The position numbers and the translations under genes were made by a program. The notes under the pieces were generated by a model that was given only the letters and a program-made list of their open reading frames with translations, did no database searches and had not been told where the DNA came from. A stretch of DNA of 63,948 bases from Chiloscyllium plagiosum. Lineage: Eukaryota. Positions 25,975 to 39,712 of this stretch are shown piece by piece. Position 1 is the first letter of the stretch; each line of letters begins with the position of its first letter. The stretch covers positions 25,299,313 to 25,363,260 of the forward strand of contig NC_057718.1 of the NCBI RefSeq assembly GCF_004010195.1, in the 5' to 3' direction.

Positions 25975-26550
25975 AGAATCATAGAATTCCTACACTGCTG
26001 AAAGAGATCATTCAACCATTGTATCTGCATCAACACTCTAAAGAGTATCCCATGCAGACCCAGTCTCCTCCACTATCCCCATATTCCCACAGTTACCAAG
26101 GTTAATCCATCTAGCCCTCACATTCCTAAACACTGTGGGAAACATAGCATGGCCAATCCACTAAACCTGTGCATTTTTGTACTGTCTTCGAGGAGAAAGT
26201 GAGGACTGCAGATGCTGGAGATCAGAGCTGAAAATGTGTTGCTGGAAAAGCGCAGCAGGTCAGGCAGCATCCAAGGAACAGGAGAATCGACGTTTCGGGT
26301 TCCTGAAGAAGGGCTTATGCCCGAAACATCGATTCTCCTGTTCCTTGGATGCTGCCTGACCTGCTGCGCTTTTCCAGCAACACATTTTCAGCATTTTTGT
26401 ACTGCGAAAGGAAATCAGAACATCCAGAACAAAAGCCCCACTGACTAAGGAGACAGTGCAAACTCCGCGTAGACATTTACCCCTGGAATTGAACCCGGGT
26501 CCTTGGCTGTGTGAGGCAGCAGTGCTAACCACTGAACCACTGTGCTGCCC
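25975..26550 (-). mobile_element. HE1-type V-SINE interrupted by PLE mini-insertion
   Basis: ggaattgaacccggg...gtgaggcagcagtgctaaccactg reverse tRNA head. Confidence 0.85.
26171..26404. mobile_element. Fold-back Penelope-like mini-insertion with 14 bp TSD
   Basis: TSD gcatttttgtactg at 26171-26184 and 26391-26404; hammerhead core CTGAAGAAGGGCTTATGCCCGAAACATC at 26303-26330; nearly identical to 5515-5748. Confidence 0.88.
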
Positions 26551-26599
26551 TAAACAGGTTTGTCAAAGACATGTTTGCTGCTACTCATGCAGATACAGT

Positions 26600-27118
26600 C
26601 AGATTCAACCACTTCAGATTCAAAAAACAACTAATGTCATTTACAAAATACCTTGCAAGAACTTAACAAACACTTCATTGATAAACAAGCAGAAAACTAG
26701 CCACCAGAATACATGAACATCAACTAGCCACAAAAGGACATGATCCACTCTCACTAGTATCCTTACATATGGATGACAAAGGACACCACTTTGACTGGGA
26801 CAACATATCCATCCTAGGACAAGCCAAACATACATGAGAATTCCTAGAAGCATGGCATTCCAACTAGAACTCTATCAACAAACACATTGGATCCCATTTA
26901 CTACTCCCTGAGAAAAAGAATAGGAAATGACGTCACCAACCAAGTAAACCAAAACACATAAATAGAAAGCGAGCTATATAACCAGTGCTTCATTTGAAGG
27001 GTCATTGATGATGTTACCTAGTATGGTGATGAAACGTCAGAAATTGAACCTTCCAGCTCAGCGAGCAAACCTACATCCAGCACCTCAACCTGAGCTACAA
27101 ATCTTCTCAAAACTCGCT
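26600..27118 (+). mobile_element. Penelope (Poseidon-like) GIY-YIG and 3' terminal fragment
   Basis: TTNVIYKIPCK... motif; HFDWDN; terminal ttgatgatgttacc...ggtgatgaaacgtc hammerhead remnant at ~27002-27041. Confidence 0.82.
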
Positions 27119-27235
27119 GTCAAGAACTTCTGGACAAAAAGCAGTGGTTTTTAACAATGTTTTCTGAAAACATTATTGGACTATAAAACATAATTATGAT
27201 GATCGAATCCTGTCACTGTTTTAAAGATTTCAATC

Positions 27236-29220
27236 AAAGGTTTGGATGGAGAGCAATTTCTTAAGTGTATACAAGACAATTTTCTGATTCAGTATGTGGA
27301 TGCACCTACTAGAGAAGATGCAAAACTTGACCTACTCTTGGGAAATAAGGCAGGGCAGGTGACTGAGGTGTCAGTGGGGGAGCATTTTGGGGCAGCGATC
27401 ATAATTCTATTAAATTGCAAATAATGATGGAAAAGGATAGATCAGGTCTAATGGTTGAAATTCTAAATTGGAGAAAGGCCAATTTTGACAGTATTAGGCA
27501 AGAACTTTCGAAAGTTGATTGGAGGCAGATGTTCGCAGGTAAAGAGACAGCTGCAGGAGGGCAAAACGGGGACATGAGATAGCTTTGGCAAATAGAATTA
27601 AGGAGAATCCAAAGGGTTTTTACAAATATATTAAGGGCAAAAGGGTAACTAGGGAGAGAATAGGGCCCCTCAAAGATGAGCAAGGTGGCCTTTGTGTGGA
27701 GCCACAGAAAATGGGGGAGATACTAAATGAATATTTTGCATCAGTATTTACTGTGGAAAAGGATATGGAAGATATAGACTGTAGGGAAATAGATGGTGAC
27801 ATCTTGCAAAATGTCCAGATTACAGAGGAGGAAGTGCTGGATGTCATGAAACAATTAGAGGTGGATAAATCCCCAGGACCTGATCAGGTGTACCCGAGAA
27901 CTCTGTGGGAAGCTAGAGAAGTAATTGCTGGGCCTCTTGCTGAGATATTTGTATCGTCAATAATCACAGGTGAGGTGCCGGAAGACTGGAGGTTGGCTAA
28001 CATGGTGCCACTGTTTAAGAAGGGCGATAAACACAAGCCAGGGAACAATAAACCAGTGAGCCTGACATCGGTTGTTGGAGGGAATCCTGAGGCAAAGGAT
28101 GTACATGTATCTGGAAAGGCAACGACTGATTAGGGATAGTCAACATGGCTTGGGAAATCATATCTCACAAACTTGATTGAGTTTTTTGAAGAGGTAACAA
28201 AGAAGATTGATGAAGACAGATCAGTAGATGTGATCTATATGGACTTCAGTAAGGCGTTCGACAAGGTTCCCCATGGGAGACTGATTAGCAAGGTTAGATC
28301 TCACGGAATACAGGGAGAACTGGCCATTTGGATACAGAACTGGCTCAAAGGTAGAAGACAGAGGGTGGTGGTGGGGGGTTGTTTTTCAGACTGGAGGCCT
28401 GTGGCCAGTGGAGTACCACAAGGATCGGTGCTGGGTCCTCTGCATTTTTTCATTTACATAAATGATTTGGATGCGAGAATAAGTGGTACAGTTAGTAAAT
28501 TTGCAGATGACACCAAGATTGGAGATGTAGTGGATAGCAAAGGGGGTTACCTCAGATTACAACAGGATCTTGACCAGATGGGCCAAGGGCTGAGAAGTGG
28601 CAGATGGAGTTTAATTCAGATAAATATGAGGTGCTGCATTTTGGGAAAGCAAATCTTAGCAGGACTTAAACACTTAATGGTAAGGTCCTAGGGAGTGCTG
28701 CTGAACAAAGAGACCTTGGAGTGCAGGTTCATAGCTCCTTGAAAGTGAAGTCACAGTGCCAGGGTTGGAGGATCTGAGCTACAGGGAGAGGCCGAACAGG
28801 CTGGGGCTGTTTTTCCTGGAGCGTTGGAGGCTGAGGGGTGACCTTATAGGGGTTTACAAAATTATGAAGGGCATGGATAGGATAAATAGGCAATCTTTTC
28901 CCTGGGGTCAGGGAGTCCAGAACTAGAGGGCATAGGTTTAGGGTGAGAGGGGAAAGATATAAAAGAGAACTAAGGGGCAACCTTTTCACACAGAGGATGG
29001 TACGTGTATGGAATGAGCTGCCAGAGGATGTGGTGGAGGCTGGTACAATTGCAACATTTAAGAGGCATTTGTATGGGTGTATGAATAGGAAGGGTTTGGA
29101 GGGATTTGGGCTGGGTGCTGGCAAGTGGGACTAGACTGGGTTTGGATATCTGGTCGGCATGGACAGGTTGGACCGAAGGGTCTGTTTCCATGCTGTACAT
29201 CTCTATGACTCTATGACTCT
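27236..29220 (+). mobile_element. CR1/HER1 LINE, 5'-truncated, internally deleted
   Basis: ORFs 27585-28133 and 28173-28691 with RT motifs [27 protein letters not shown]; tail (ctctatga)n. Confidence 0.95.
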
Positions 29221-29689
29221 AAATCTCTTTGAATTCTTTGCTTTTTTATCGTAAAAGGCCATAGTTCCCTAATCCAATCATGGAATGTAGGTGCCATTCA
29301 TCTTGTTATCAGTTTAATGGCTATTCTTGGATCCTGTCCATGCACTCAATACTAGCTTCTATGTCATGAAATGAAAGCACACCATGCTGTTATGAATAAG
29401 ACTTCACTTAAGCTTTGCACAAAAACAGTTGATGGATTATTCCCAGGCCCTAAACTAAACAGGGAGGAAATTTGGGATAATCATGGAAGATGTCAAGCAA
29501 GACCTTTCTCAATGTCAAGAACAAAACATTGTATTTTCCAACTGTGTCCCAGACATTGAGACATAGTTCTCACCAGTAAGGGATGAGTGGTCTGTTACTG
29601 GAGAATGGGCTGCAGTCTATATGTTGTAGCTAGACCCACAATGCTTTTCGGGAGGGAATTCTAACAGTTTGATGCAATGACAGAATACA

Positions 29690-30300
29690 GGCCCAGCAAG
29701 CAATAAGGAATGCTCATAGAATGTTATGGCTTATTGTGAGAGTAATTGGATACAGGAGTTGGGAGGTCATGAAGCAGCCATACCCCACATTGGTGAGACT
29801 GCATCTGGAAAATTGTGTAAAGTACTGGACACCGCACTTAAAGAAAGATGTTAATGCACTGGAAACAGTTCAGATCAGAGAAGGTTTACTAGACAGTCCT
29901 AGAATGAGTGGATTACCTTATGAGGAAAGGCTAGGCTTGATTGAAATATTTAAGATCTGAAGAGAACTTGATCAGGTAGATGTGGAAATCATGTTTCCTG
30001 TTTTGGGAGAATCTAGAATTAGGGGTCATAGTTTAAAAATAAACAGGTGCCATTTAAAGCAGAGATAAGGAAATATTTTTACTCTTGGAGGGTTGAGTCT
30101 TTGGAATTCCCTATTCAAAAGCCAGTGGATGCAGAATCTTTGAATATCTTTAAGGCAGAGGTAGTAGATTCATGATTACCAAGGAGATGAAGCTCATCAG
30201 GGAGATGCAGGAATGTAGAGTTGTGGTTAAAATCTGATCAGCCATGACCTTATTGAAAGGTGGAGCAGGCTCAAGGGGCTGAGTGGCCGACTCTTGTTTC
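29690..30300 (+). mobile_element. CR1-like LINE 3' fragment
   Basis: YRSWEVMKQPYPTLVRLHLENCVKYWTPHLKKDVNALE. Confidence 0.8.
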
Positions 30301-30497
30301 TTCTTCGTGTGCTGTGTAGAGAGTGGCACAAAATGATGCAACTGACTTCATCCACACAAAAGGGTTCCTTCTGTTGATTACAGGTCATCTGTGATCATTG
30401 GTACATCTTTGAAGACTGTGTCAGGTGCTTTGGGTACTGACATGTCCTTCACAAGTCTAATGTTTCTGCTTCATTTTGAGCATTAAATACTAACAAG

Positions 30498-30960
30498 GAT
30501 GGTTACTGGGAGCCAATGGCTACTTTATGTAACCATGGCTGATGACCTGATGACTCCGTTATGCAACATCCTGACAGAGGCTGAGCAGACATACAGTGCA
30601 GCCTTTTCTTCTGGCAGGACCATCATGGAGCAGGCAAAATGGACTCCAAAAGATGAAGTTCTAATGATAGCATTTGGGATGGCCTTGCAGACAGTCAAGA
30701 ATATGCACTGCCTCTTGTTTCCTGCGCAAAGGAGCAAGCAAAGAGGAGATTTGACAGCCACTGAAGAGTTGGGAAAGCATCAACAGACTTCCAAGGAGGA
30801 AGATGAGGACATTGAGTAGAAGAAACATTACCTTCAACATGATCAAGTGATGCAACATTAGCATAACAAGTATGAAACCATCATTTTATTCATCATCCAT
30901 TGACTGTATAGTTGTTGTTTCTCTATAGGTAACTAGCTCCTCTTTGTTCCTAAAAGCAAG
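30498..30960 (+). mobile_element. PIF/Harbinger transposase C-terminal relic
   Basis: WLLG..GY..WLMT / LMTPLCNILTEAEQTYSAA..SGRTIMEQA resembles the HARBI1-type GD.GY...LMTP...E..YN..H..TR..IE motif. Confidence 0.65.
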
Positions 30961-31545
30961 TGCAGATTTAACTTCAATGTGTGGTGAGCCCTGGTTATAC
31001 AATGACATGTTCTGCTACACTGAGCATTTGAGAAAGAGTAGCACTCCCTTAGAAATGGTCCTAAGAAAGACGAAGGACATGTGGGCTTCATAGCTTGATT
31101 CTATTAGCTGCAGTTCACAATATTATTTGATCAGAAAGGTGTTGATGTGAAATAGCAACACCTCAATGAATGTGAGCTTCTGTGGCAACTGTGTGCTCTA
31201 ATAAGCTGTCTATTTATTTCCCCTTATGATCTGTAAAGGGCTAGGTGTGGCTGGCAGCAATGAGCAAGTGCACAGCTGGGCTTTAAATATGGTACCAGCA
31301 ATGCAAATCTTAACAAGGTTCCAGCAGTGATGAGCAATTCCATAGAGGAGTGGAGTATATATAATGAGGTGAACAGCAAAGAATTGCTGCAAGAGAGCTC
31401 AGTCATGATAGATTTCAGTTCAAAAACCATTTTGTTCTCATTGTAAACAATGAAAAGCTAAATCAGAAAAGTTACAACTGTGATTTTTAAAATACATTCT
31501 AGTAGTTTTCTGTTCTGTTTTATGATCTGATTTGTTTCCCCATAG

Positions 31546-31621
31546 GGCAAGTCCAACATTTCAATCACAATCTTCAAGTACTCTTTTAAACAAAGTGTCA
31601 AAATTCAGCTTCATGTTTAAG
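31546..31621 (+). CDS. WDR64: WDR64 candidate exon (7th, Ser-rich linker)
   Basis: tttgtttccccatag|GGCAAG...TTTAAG|gtcggt; (G)ASPTFQSQSSSTLLNKVSKFSFMFK; phase 2 to 0; supported by splice signals and phase closure only. Confidence 0.6.
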
Positions 31622-32790
31622 GTCGGTCTTATGTTAATCATTATATTTGTAGCTCTGCAAAGATTCTGTTTACTTTCTGAATGATGATGAGCCAGATTTT
31701 CTTGAATAAAGATATACAAAATGTATTCTATTAAGTTCTTCCCTCCCTATCCCCACACCATCACTTCAAGAGTCTATTCTTGGTACCCTATTCAATAGGT
31801 TGTGCCTTGGTGATATCATGCATGTGGAGTCAGCTCTCCATCAAGACACAGCACATTTACACCACCTCGTTGAACGCCCCCACAATTCTGTAATGTTTGC
31901 TGACATCCAGTCGTACGTAAGACATGACTTACTCTGCCCACACCGTGGATACTATGTTTGGCCCTATCACTGTCTCGGGGTGTCCACTTTCATAAATTCA
32001 CTTTGCTGTGCCTCCATCTTTGCAGAAACCTTTATCTATACTTTGTCACTGTGAAATTCATGCCAAATAGATGATAACCAACAAAAGCACAGTGAGAAGA
32101 GCAAGGTCATGAAAGGAAAATATTTAACACTAAAATCAGCATCAAACCTGTTTGTGTTTTGAGTCTGGAACACAGTGATCCTATACATACACTTGTTTGG
32201 GGCTGAACAGCAATCCCCTGACTTCTATCCTTTTCTGTCAAATTGATCCTTCTACTGGACACAAAACCATAATCTCTCATGACAACTTTTCCTTCAGCAG
32301 TTTTGGTTTGTATCATTTACAATCTCAATCATTTGCAGGCCTTGCCCTGAGCTGTTTATTTTTTTTCAATTTTAACTAATCCAAGCAAAATAAGCCGTGG
32401 TGAGATTTCATATTGATCTTCTGCTAGGTGAAGAAACTTCCGGGAATATAAAATGGAATGTAGCAATTATTATGGCTAATGTTTGTTCTATCTTAGAAGT
32501 TGCTTGATGTTTTCACATTCCACCTTGAATATGAATGGAACTATCTCCTAAAGGTACACCTGTAATAAGAGTCGTCCTCCAGAACTCCCCAGCATCACAG
32601 ATGCCAGTCTTCAGCTAATTTTATTCACTCCATGTGTTATCAAGAAACAATTAGACACACTGGATACTGGAAAGGACCTGACAACATTCCAGCAATAGTA
32701 CTGATGACTTGCTGCCCCCGTAGCCAAGCTGTTCCAGTACAGCTACGCCACTGGCATCTGCCCAACAATGAGGAAATTTGCCCAGGTATG

Positions 32791-34072
32791 GTGATCCCAG
32801 GGAATTGTCAACCAGTGAGTCTGACATCAGTGGTGGATAAGTTTTTGGAGGGGATTCTGAGGAATAGGACTAACATGCTTTTAGAGAGGCAGGGACTTGT
32901 TTATGGACAATCAGCATGGCTCTGTGTAGGGGAAGTTGTGTCTCACAAACTTGATTGAATTTTTTAAGGATGTAACCAAAAAGATAGATGAAGGGAAAAC
33001 TGTAGACCTTGGCTACATGGACGTTAGTAAAGCCTTTGACAGGGTTCCACATGGTAGACTGATCAGTAAAGATAGAACATAAGGGATTCAGGGAGAATTT
33101 GCCAATCGGAATATAAAATTAGCTTGATGTAGGAGACAGAGGGTTGTGGTGGAGGGTTAGTTTTTGGACTGGAGGCCTGTGAGCAGTGATGTTCACAGGG
33201 ATCAACGCTGGGTCCACTGTTATTTGTCATTTATATAACAATTTGGATGAGAATTTAAAAGGCATGGTTAGTAAGTTTGCAGATGACACTAAAATTGGTG
33301 GTTATAGTGGACAATGAAGAAAGTTATCTAAGATTATGAAGGAATCGTGATCAATTGGGCCAACAGGCTGAGGAGTGGCAGATGGATTTTAATTTGGATA
33401 AATGTGAGGTTTTGCATTTTGGTAAAAGGAATAATGGTAGGACTTATATAGTTAATGATAGTGCTATGGGTAGAGCTGTTGAACAAAGAAATCTAAGGGT
33501 TCAGGTATGTAGTTTTTTGAAAGTTGCATTACCGATGGACAGAGTGGTTAGGAAGGCATTAGCATGCTTGCCTTCATCGCTCAGACTGTTGAGTACAAAG
33601 GGACCTTGATTATCCGGCATTCAATTATCCAAACATCAGAATATCCAGGAAGATTGCAAGGTCCCGATGCTTGGCTAAACTACGTTATCCAGCATTCTAT
33701 TATCCGGAGTTCGATTAACTGAACGAAATACTGCCCACCAGAGTCCTGTGGATAATCGAGGCATTGGAACATCATGTTGAGTTTGTAGGAAGTTGGTGAG
33801 GCCACTTCTGGAGTAGTGATTGCAGTTATTCCCTGCTATAGGAATACGATTATATTATTGGAAAGAGGTCAGAAAAGATTTACTCAGGTGTTGTCGGGAA
33901 TGAAAGGTCTGAGTTATAAAAATAGGCTGGATAGGCTGGGACATGAAGTACATGAATAGGAAAGATTTGGAGAGGATTAGGCCAAACGCAAGAAGGTGGG
34001 ACTACTTTAGTTGGTCGGATTGGACTAGATGGACCGAACGGTCTGTTTCCATACCGTCCAATTCTGTGACTG
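32791..34072 (+). mobile_element. CR1/HER1 LINE fragment nested in the previous LINE
   Basis: PGNCQPVSLTSVV, KFADD, EEWQMDFNLDKCEVLHFG; tail ggaccgaacggtctgtttcc...ctgtgactgt. Confidence 0.88.
33596..33762. mobile_element. Tigger-like MITE nested in CR1
   Basis: Inverted ccttgattatcc / ggataatcgagg, internal attatcc subrepeats, starts after TA; right end truncated. Confidence 0.65.
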
Positions 34073-35849
34073 TATTCAAAAAGCAGGACATCCAACCCAT
34101 AAATTACTATCCTATTCGTCTACTGTGATTATCAGTAATGTGCTAAATGTCATCAATAATGCTATCAGGTGTCACCTGCTCAGCATTAACCTACTCACTG
34201 ATGTCCAACCTGGGTGCTTCCGGAGCCATTCTGCTCTTAACGTCATTACAGCCTTGGTGTTGACATGGACAAAAGAATTGAATTCCAGGGGTGTAGTGAG
34301 AGTGACTACCCTTGACATTCAGGCTGCATTTCACCAAGTGTGCCATCCAAGGAGCCCAAGCAAACGTGGGAATCTGGGGGAAAATTCTCCGCCGATTGGA
34401 TTCATATCTGGCACAAAGGACGACTAATGTTGTTGTGGTGGTCAGTCATTCTCATCTCCAGAAAATCTCTGCAGGAGTTCCTCAGGATAGTGTCCTCAGC
34501 CCAACCGTCTTCAGCTGCCTCGTCAATCACCTTTCCTCCATTGTAAGGTCAAAGTGGGAATGCTCATTGATGATTTACCATTTGCAACTCCTCAGATATT
34601 GAAGCAGTCCATGTCCAAATAAAGCAAGACCTGAACAATATCCATACTTGGGCTGACAAGTGACAAATAACATCCATGCTACACAAATGCCTGTCAATAA
34701 CCATCTACAATAAGAGATAATCTAACCTTCGCCCATTGATGTTCAATTTCATTATCATCACTGAATCCTGGACATTATCATGGTTTAGAAACTGAACTGG
34801 ACTAGACATATAAATACAGTGGCTATGGGAGCAGGTGAGAGGCTAGGAATCCTGCAGTGAGCAATTCACCACTTGACATCCCAAAGCCTGTCCACTATCT
34901 ACAAAATACAAGTCAAGAATGTAATGGAATACTACCCCGTTGCCTGGGTGAGTACAATGCCAACAACACATAATCCAGGACAAAGCAGCTTATTTAATTG
35001 GCACTACATCCATAAACATGCACTCCTTCCACCACCAACATTCAATAGTAGTAGTGTGTACGATTTACACAAAGCAATGTAGAGATTCACCACACCTCCT
35101 TAGATTGTACCTTCCAAACACAGGACCACTTCCATTTAGAAGGACAAGGAAAGCGTACACATGGGAACACTACCTGTAAGTTCCTCTCCAAGTCAATTAC
35201 CATTCTGACATGGAAATATATAACCTTTCCTCTGGTGTTTTTGGGCAAGATCCTAAAACTTACTCGCTAACAGCAATGGGGATCTGCCCCCTGCACAAGG
35301 ACTGTGGCAGTACAAGAAGACATCACTTTCCCAGTGGCAACTGGGGACAGGCAATAAATGAATCTGTGAATTAAAAAACAGGTAAATAACAGACCATCTT
35401 AACTCATTCATGCTGTATCATTCTCCAAATGTCCTGCAGATTTAAGAATGAACCAATCTTATTTGTTAATTTATCAGGGATCTGGCTGTATTCTTGGAGT
35501 GAACTTTGATTAATCTCTATTATTTATCTGATTTACATATCTCTTGAAATTATCAAAGAAATGTGATCATAATTTCAAATGACAGTGAACTATGCAGATT
35601 ATCCAATTTAAACAATATGGACTTGAATGCTTAAAGTTGATTAGGGACTTCTACATGTCTTTTAAAAAGATTAAACAAAAATAATTAGACAAAGATACAT
35701 CAGTTAAGTACAAAGTAAATATTTCTTAATTTTAATTTTCAAACCATTTGGTTATTTAGTTTTTAGTTAGTTTGTGAACCCATTGATTTGTAAATAATTG
35801 CATTGTCACAGAGCTAGAAATTTCAACATTCTAACTTTTTTTTGTGTAG

Positions 35850-35889
35850 TTCACTGATAGTTCTGCACCTTCTGAATATAGTCCATCAG
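35850..35889 (+). CDS. WDR64: WDR64 candidate 40-nt exon (8th)
   Basis: ctaacttttttttgtgtag|TTCACT...CATCAG|gttagt with branch-like ctaac; FTDSSAPSEYSPS(E); phase 0 to 1 closes the frame with 45738. Confidence 0.6.
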
Positions 35890-37711
35890 GTTAGTAGTAA
35901 CATCAGTTTATTTGTTGGTGCATTAAAATTTCTTAATGATTTCTCAATTATTCAATGATGAAGCAAATTATTTATATGAACCTAATTAACCAGGTGGTCT
36001 ATTAAATAAAATGGCAATGGGTTTGTACAGCTTACTTGCCAACCTATACTGAGGTCTTGTGGTACAGTAGTATTGTCCATATTTCTGGGTCAGAAAGCCC
36101 AGGTTCAATTCCTACCTTCTTCAGAGGTATTTTATAACATGTCTGAATATAACATGCATATTAAAAATATAGATATCCTAACTGCTTTGTACTGGTGGCA
36201 TGCTTCCCCATGAACTCATTGAATCCTAGCTCCACATACTTATTTAGCTTTGCCTTAAGTCTATGATGACTTCATTTTAATGACTCTGAATTTTGGATGT
36301 CTGACAGCATGACAATACCATCTCTTATTTCTGCCTTATTAAGCTCCATAACAGTTTTGAAGATCTCTAATATATCATGCCTTGGCTTTCTATTTTCAAG
36401 AGAAAAGAGTCCCGCTCATTTTATCTTTTCTGATAAGCATAAACCCACAGTTTCTTGTAAATCTATTTTGTAGTTTTTCCAATAGCTCCAGTACATCCTT
36501 TCTACAATGTGGAGATCAGTGCAAAACCTGAGTCAGACCCTTTCACAATACCCAAGAGAACACCTGCTCATTTATCCCTATCCAGAAGGAGAAATCAGTA
36601 AAACTTGCAAATGACACATACTGGTCCAAAATGTTTCCTATATCGCAGAACAGAGTTTCAGTGTTTTCATTTTCAAGTATTACTGTTCTTACCCAGTACT
36701 TTTCCCTCCACCATGAACTAAACGGCCACAATCATCCCTCACATTCTCCTTCAATGACTGCTAATGCCCCAAGTGCTTCCCCCCATGCTCTCCATAATCC
36801 TGGTCCAACTTTACAGCTCTCCTACTCCTCTATGCCTCCTCAAATTTTGCATGCCCTTTCAAATACCCCCTTCATACTTGCCATGCCCTTACCATGATCA
36901 CTTCACCTACCCTCCATCCCCTTGTATTCACAACAGCTACTCACCCAGTATCATAAGACTTCAGAAAGACTTCAGAATGCCTCTGAAATTGACTTTGAAC
37001 AGGTAAACATATTGGCAGTCTAATCAGCTTATCTTTTGTACTGAAAAAAACGTTGCTAAATATACTACCCACAAGTGGTCGTTTTGTAATAAAAAATAAA
37101 CACACTTATTCACTTATCACATCAAAGGTGTGTTTAATAACTTAAAATTGTCAACCAAACTATGATCACAATTAGCCTTTGGGATAACTTTTGTAGCTAC
37201 TTTTGACAACTTGGCTATGTTTTCCTAATGGGCTCAGCTCCCAAAACAAAGCCCAGGAGATGTAAACTATGGAGTCCATCGAAACTAAAAGCCAGGTCAA
37301 CATTTTAAAGATTACATCAGGCATTCTGTCAATCAGCTCAGGAGGTTTTTTTTCCCCCTTAAACTGAAAGCTACTGAAAGTACTTATCAGTTTTAGTAAG
37401 GTTTGCATCCTTTAAAATTAATAAGTTAGAGATGCAACTCCTTTCTTCTTAAATTTTGAATGCATAAGAGCAATTGTCCCAATAAGAAGAGTGCTTTTAT
37501 GCATCTCTCCACATAAACAATGCCATGCTTGAGATGGCTATTTAGGACAGTACCATATGATGAATCACTACATTAAATTAAATCGACTTTACAAAATCTG
37601 ATCGGGACATTGAAGTTTTCAAAATATCTTAACTTTGAGAATATTCCTGAATCCTCATCTGGATTACAAGTGATCACTAACTCCCCCGTGAGAGGAGGAT
37701 TTCTTTTAGGT

Positions 37712-38036
37712 GGGCGGCACGGTGGCACAGTGGTTAGCACTGCTGCCTCACAGCGCCTGAGACCCGGGTTCAATTCCCGCCTCAGGCGATTGACTGTGTG
37801 GAGTTTGCACATTCTCCCCGTGTCTGCGTGGGTTTCCTCCGGGTGCTCCGGTTTCCTCCCACAGTCCAAAAGATGTGCAGGGTCAGGTGAATTGGCCATG
37901 CTAAATTGCCCGTAGTGTTAGGTAAGGGGTAAATGTAGGGGTATGGGTGGGTTTCGCTTCGGCGGGTCGGTGTGGACTTGTTGGGCCGAAGGGCCTGTTT
38001 CCACACTGTAATGTAATGTAATCTAATCTAATCTAA
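37712..38036 (+). mobile_element. Intact young HE1 V-SINE
   Basis: A box tggcacagtgg, B box ggttcaattccc, V-domain, CpG-rich; tail gggccgaagggcctgtttcc shared with the CR1/HER1 3' end; (taatc)n end. Confidence 0.93.
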
Positions 38037-39712
38037 AAATATCTTACCAGCTCACAGAAATAGTGGGGTGGTGGTAGCAGCTAGAATACTCAAATTTCCA
38101 ATAGGCTTCGCATTAGCTATTCTGATTTCAGAAGGCCACTTTACAGTTACAACCTGCAAAAAAGCTGTACTAAAATAGTGATGAGTCAAGAAGAAACTGC
38201 AAATTTAAAATTAGTGCAAGAAAATCAAATTTTTTGACATGCCTGACCCCATTTCCACCCCCATCATCTGGTGAAAATACAGTCCCAAAATTGTGCATAG
38301 AGTTCTAAATGAGTGTAATGAACGTTTTCAATTTTTTATTCTCTAGAAATGAACTTTATTGCTTTATTTGCATATTTATGGCCGTATGAACCTGTGGTGA
38401 TATTTAATATTTTAAAAGATTTGTACTGCTACATTGTGTCACTGTTTCCATTTATACTTACTTTCCCCTCAGCATATTTTCCATTTCAAAGTGTAATATC
38501 TCACACTTATCTATATTGAAACTAACTTGCAAATTACATTTTCCATTCCACCAGTTAATTATTCATTTCTTAATGTTACCTCCTTTTTAAACACAGATCC
38601 AATTAGAGGTCACCCATAACTTCATTTACCTCTGATTTCCAAATCCTAATAATTAAAGTGAATTCTGACTCTCACTGGTAGAACTCTGATCATATGGAAC
38701 AGCAATTCCTGCCTTTGCCAGCTGAAATTTCTTCCCCTGATGACTACTTCCTGCTTTATGCTTCGTCACCAACTTGATGGCCACTTTTCTATTTGCCTCC
38801 TAAATCCACAATCCTTAATTGCATGTCTAATTTATAATTAGAAATAATTTGGAATGCTTTGAAATTAAAATGATGTGGTATTTGTTGCATTATCCTTGTC
38901 TGTTCTTCATGTTACTTCACAGAGTTCAGTAAATTTGGTTAAACATGACCTTCCCACTCTTGTTCTACCTCTTTTCTTGCCAAGGTAACCTTTAAAAACA
39001 ACTATTTTCCAATCTATTCCATTGATCCTTTCATCTTCGCCTTAAACCACGTGGTGTGATTTATATGGCCCAGATATTCCCTATTTTTCATTTTCTCATT
39101 TGCTTAGGTTCATTTTCTGTCTCCAGCAGTGTTTTTTATCTTGCTCATTCAGAAAGAAGTCCAGCGTACATTAAATATCTCCCTTTTCTGCACAACTACT
39201 ATGATTCCCATTTAGTTTTCTTAAACACTTTGATGACTTTTTCTTCATTAGGAAATGAATGTTAGAAACAAGAATCATTACAATAATAAATTTCATACAC
39301 TCCAATGACAAGCTTAACAATCCATTTTTTAATGGGAAAAATATTTTGCTATGAAAATACATCAAGGAAATTATACATTCAACATGCATGAAAGTAAAAT
39401 GGACAAATAAATGAATTATTTAAATAAATTAGATTATTAAGATGATATTAAAATTAATGATGTAATTAAAAGCTTCCCTATACAGTTTCCAAACTGAATG
39501 CGAATCTATTAAGAAACAATTTTTCACTAATCATTAACTAGCATAGGCACCTAATTAGAAAAAGAGTATGTACCTTTTTTCTACAATGCTAAACAGCAAG
39601 AGTGAGGGAAACCAGTGCCAGGGGAAAATTAAGTGAAGGGCAGTTCTAGGTAGCAGGGGTGCAACAAATTTAAGAGGAATCCTCTGTCTCGTAACAGTAA
39701 TGGGTTGCTTTC

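Larger units (their letters stand above)
32575..35380 (+). mobile_element. Non-LTR LINE (CR1/L2-group, distinct from HER1) split by a nested CR1 insertion
   Basis: KGPDNIPAIVL at 32668; resumes at ~34075 with ...HSALNVITALV...TLDIQAAF, GVPQDSVLSP. Confidence 0.78.

Noticed and set aside
37712..37785. tRNA gene
   Set aside because: tRNA-like head continues into a V-domain and LINE tail, so it is a SINE; the same probably applies to the A/B-box remnant at ~36053-36125
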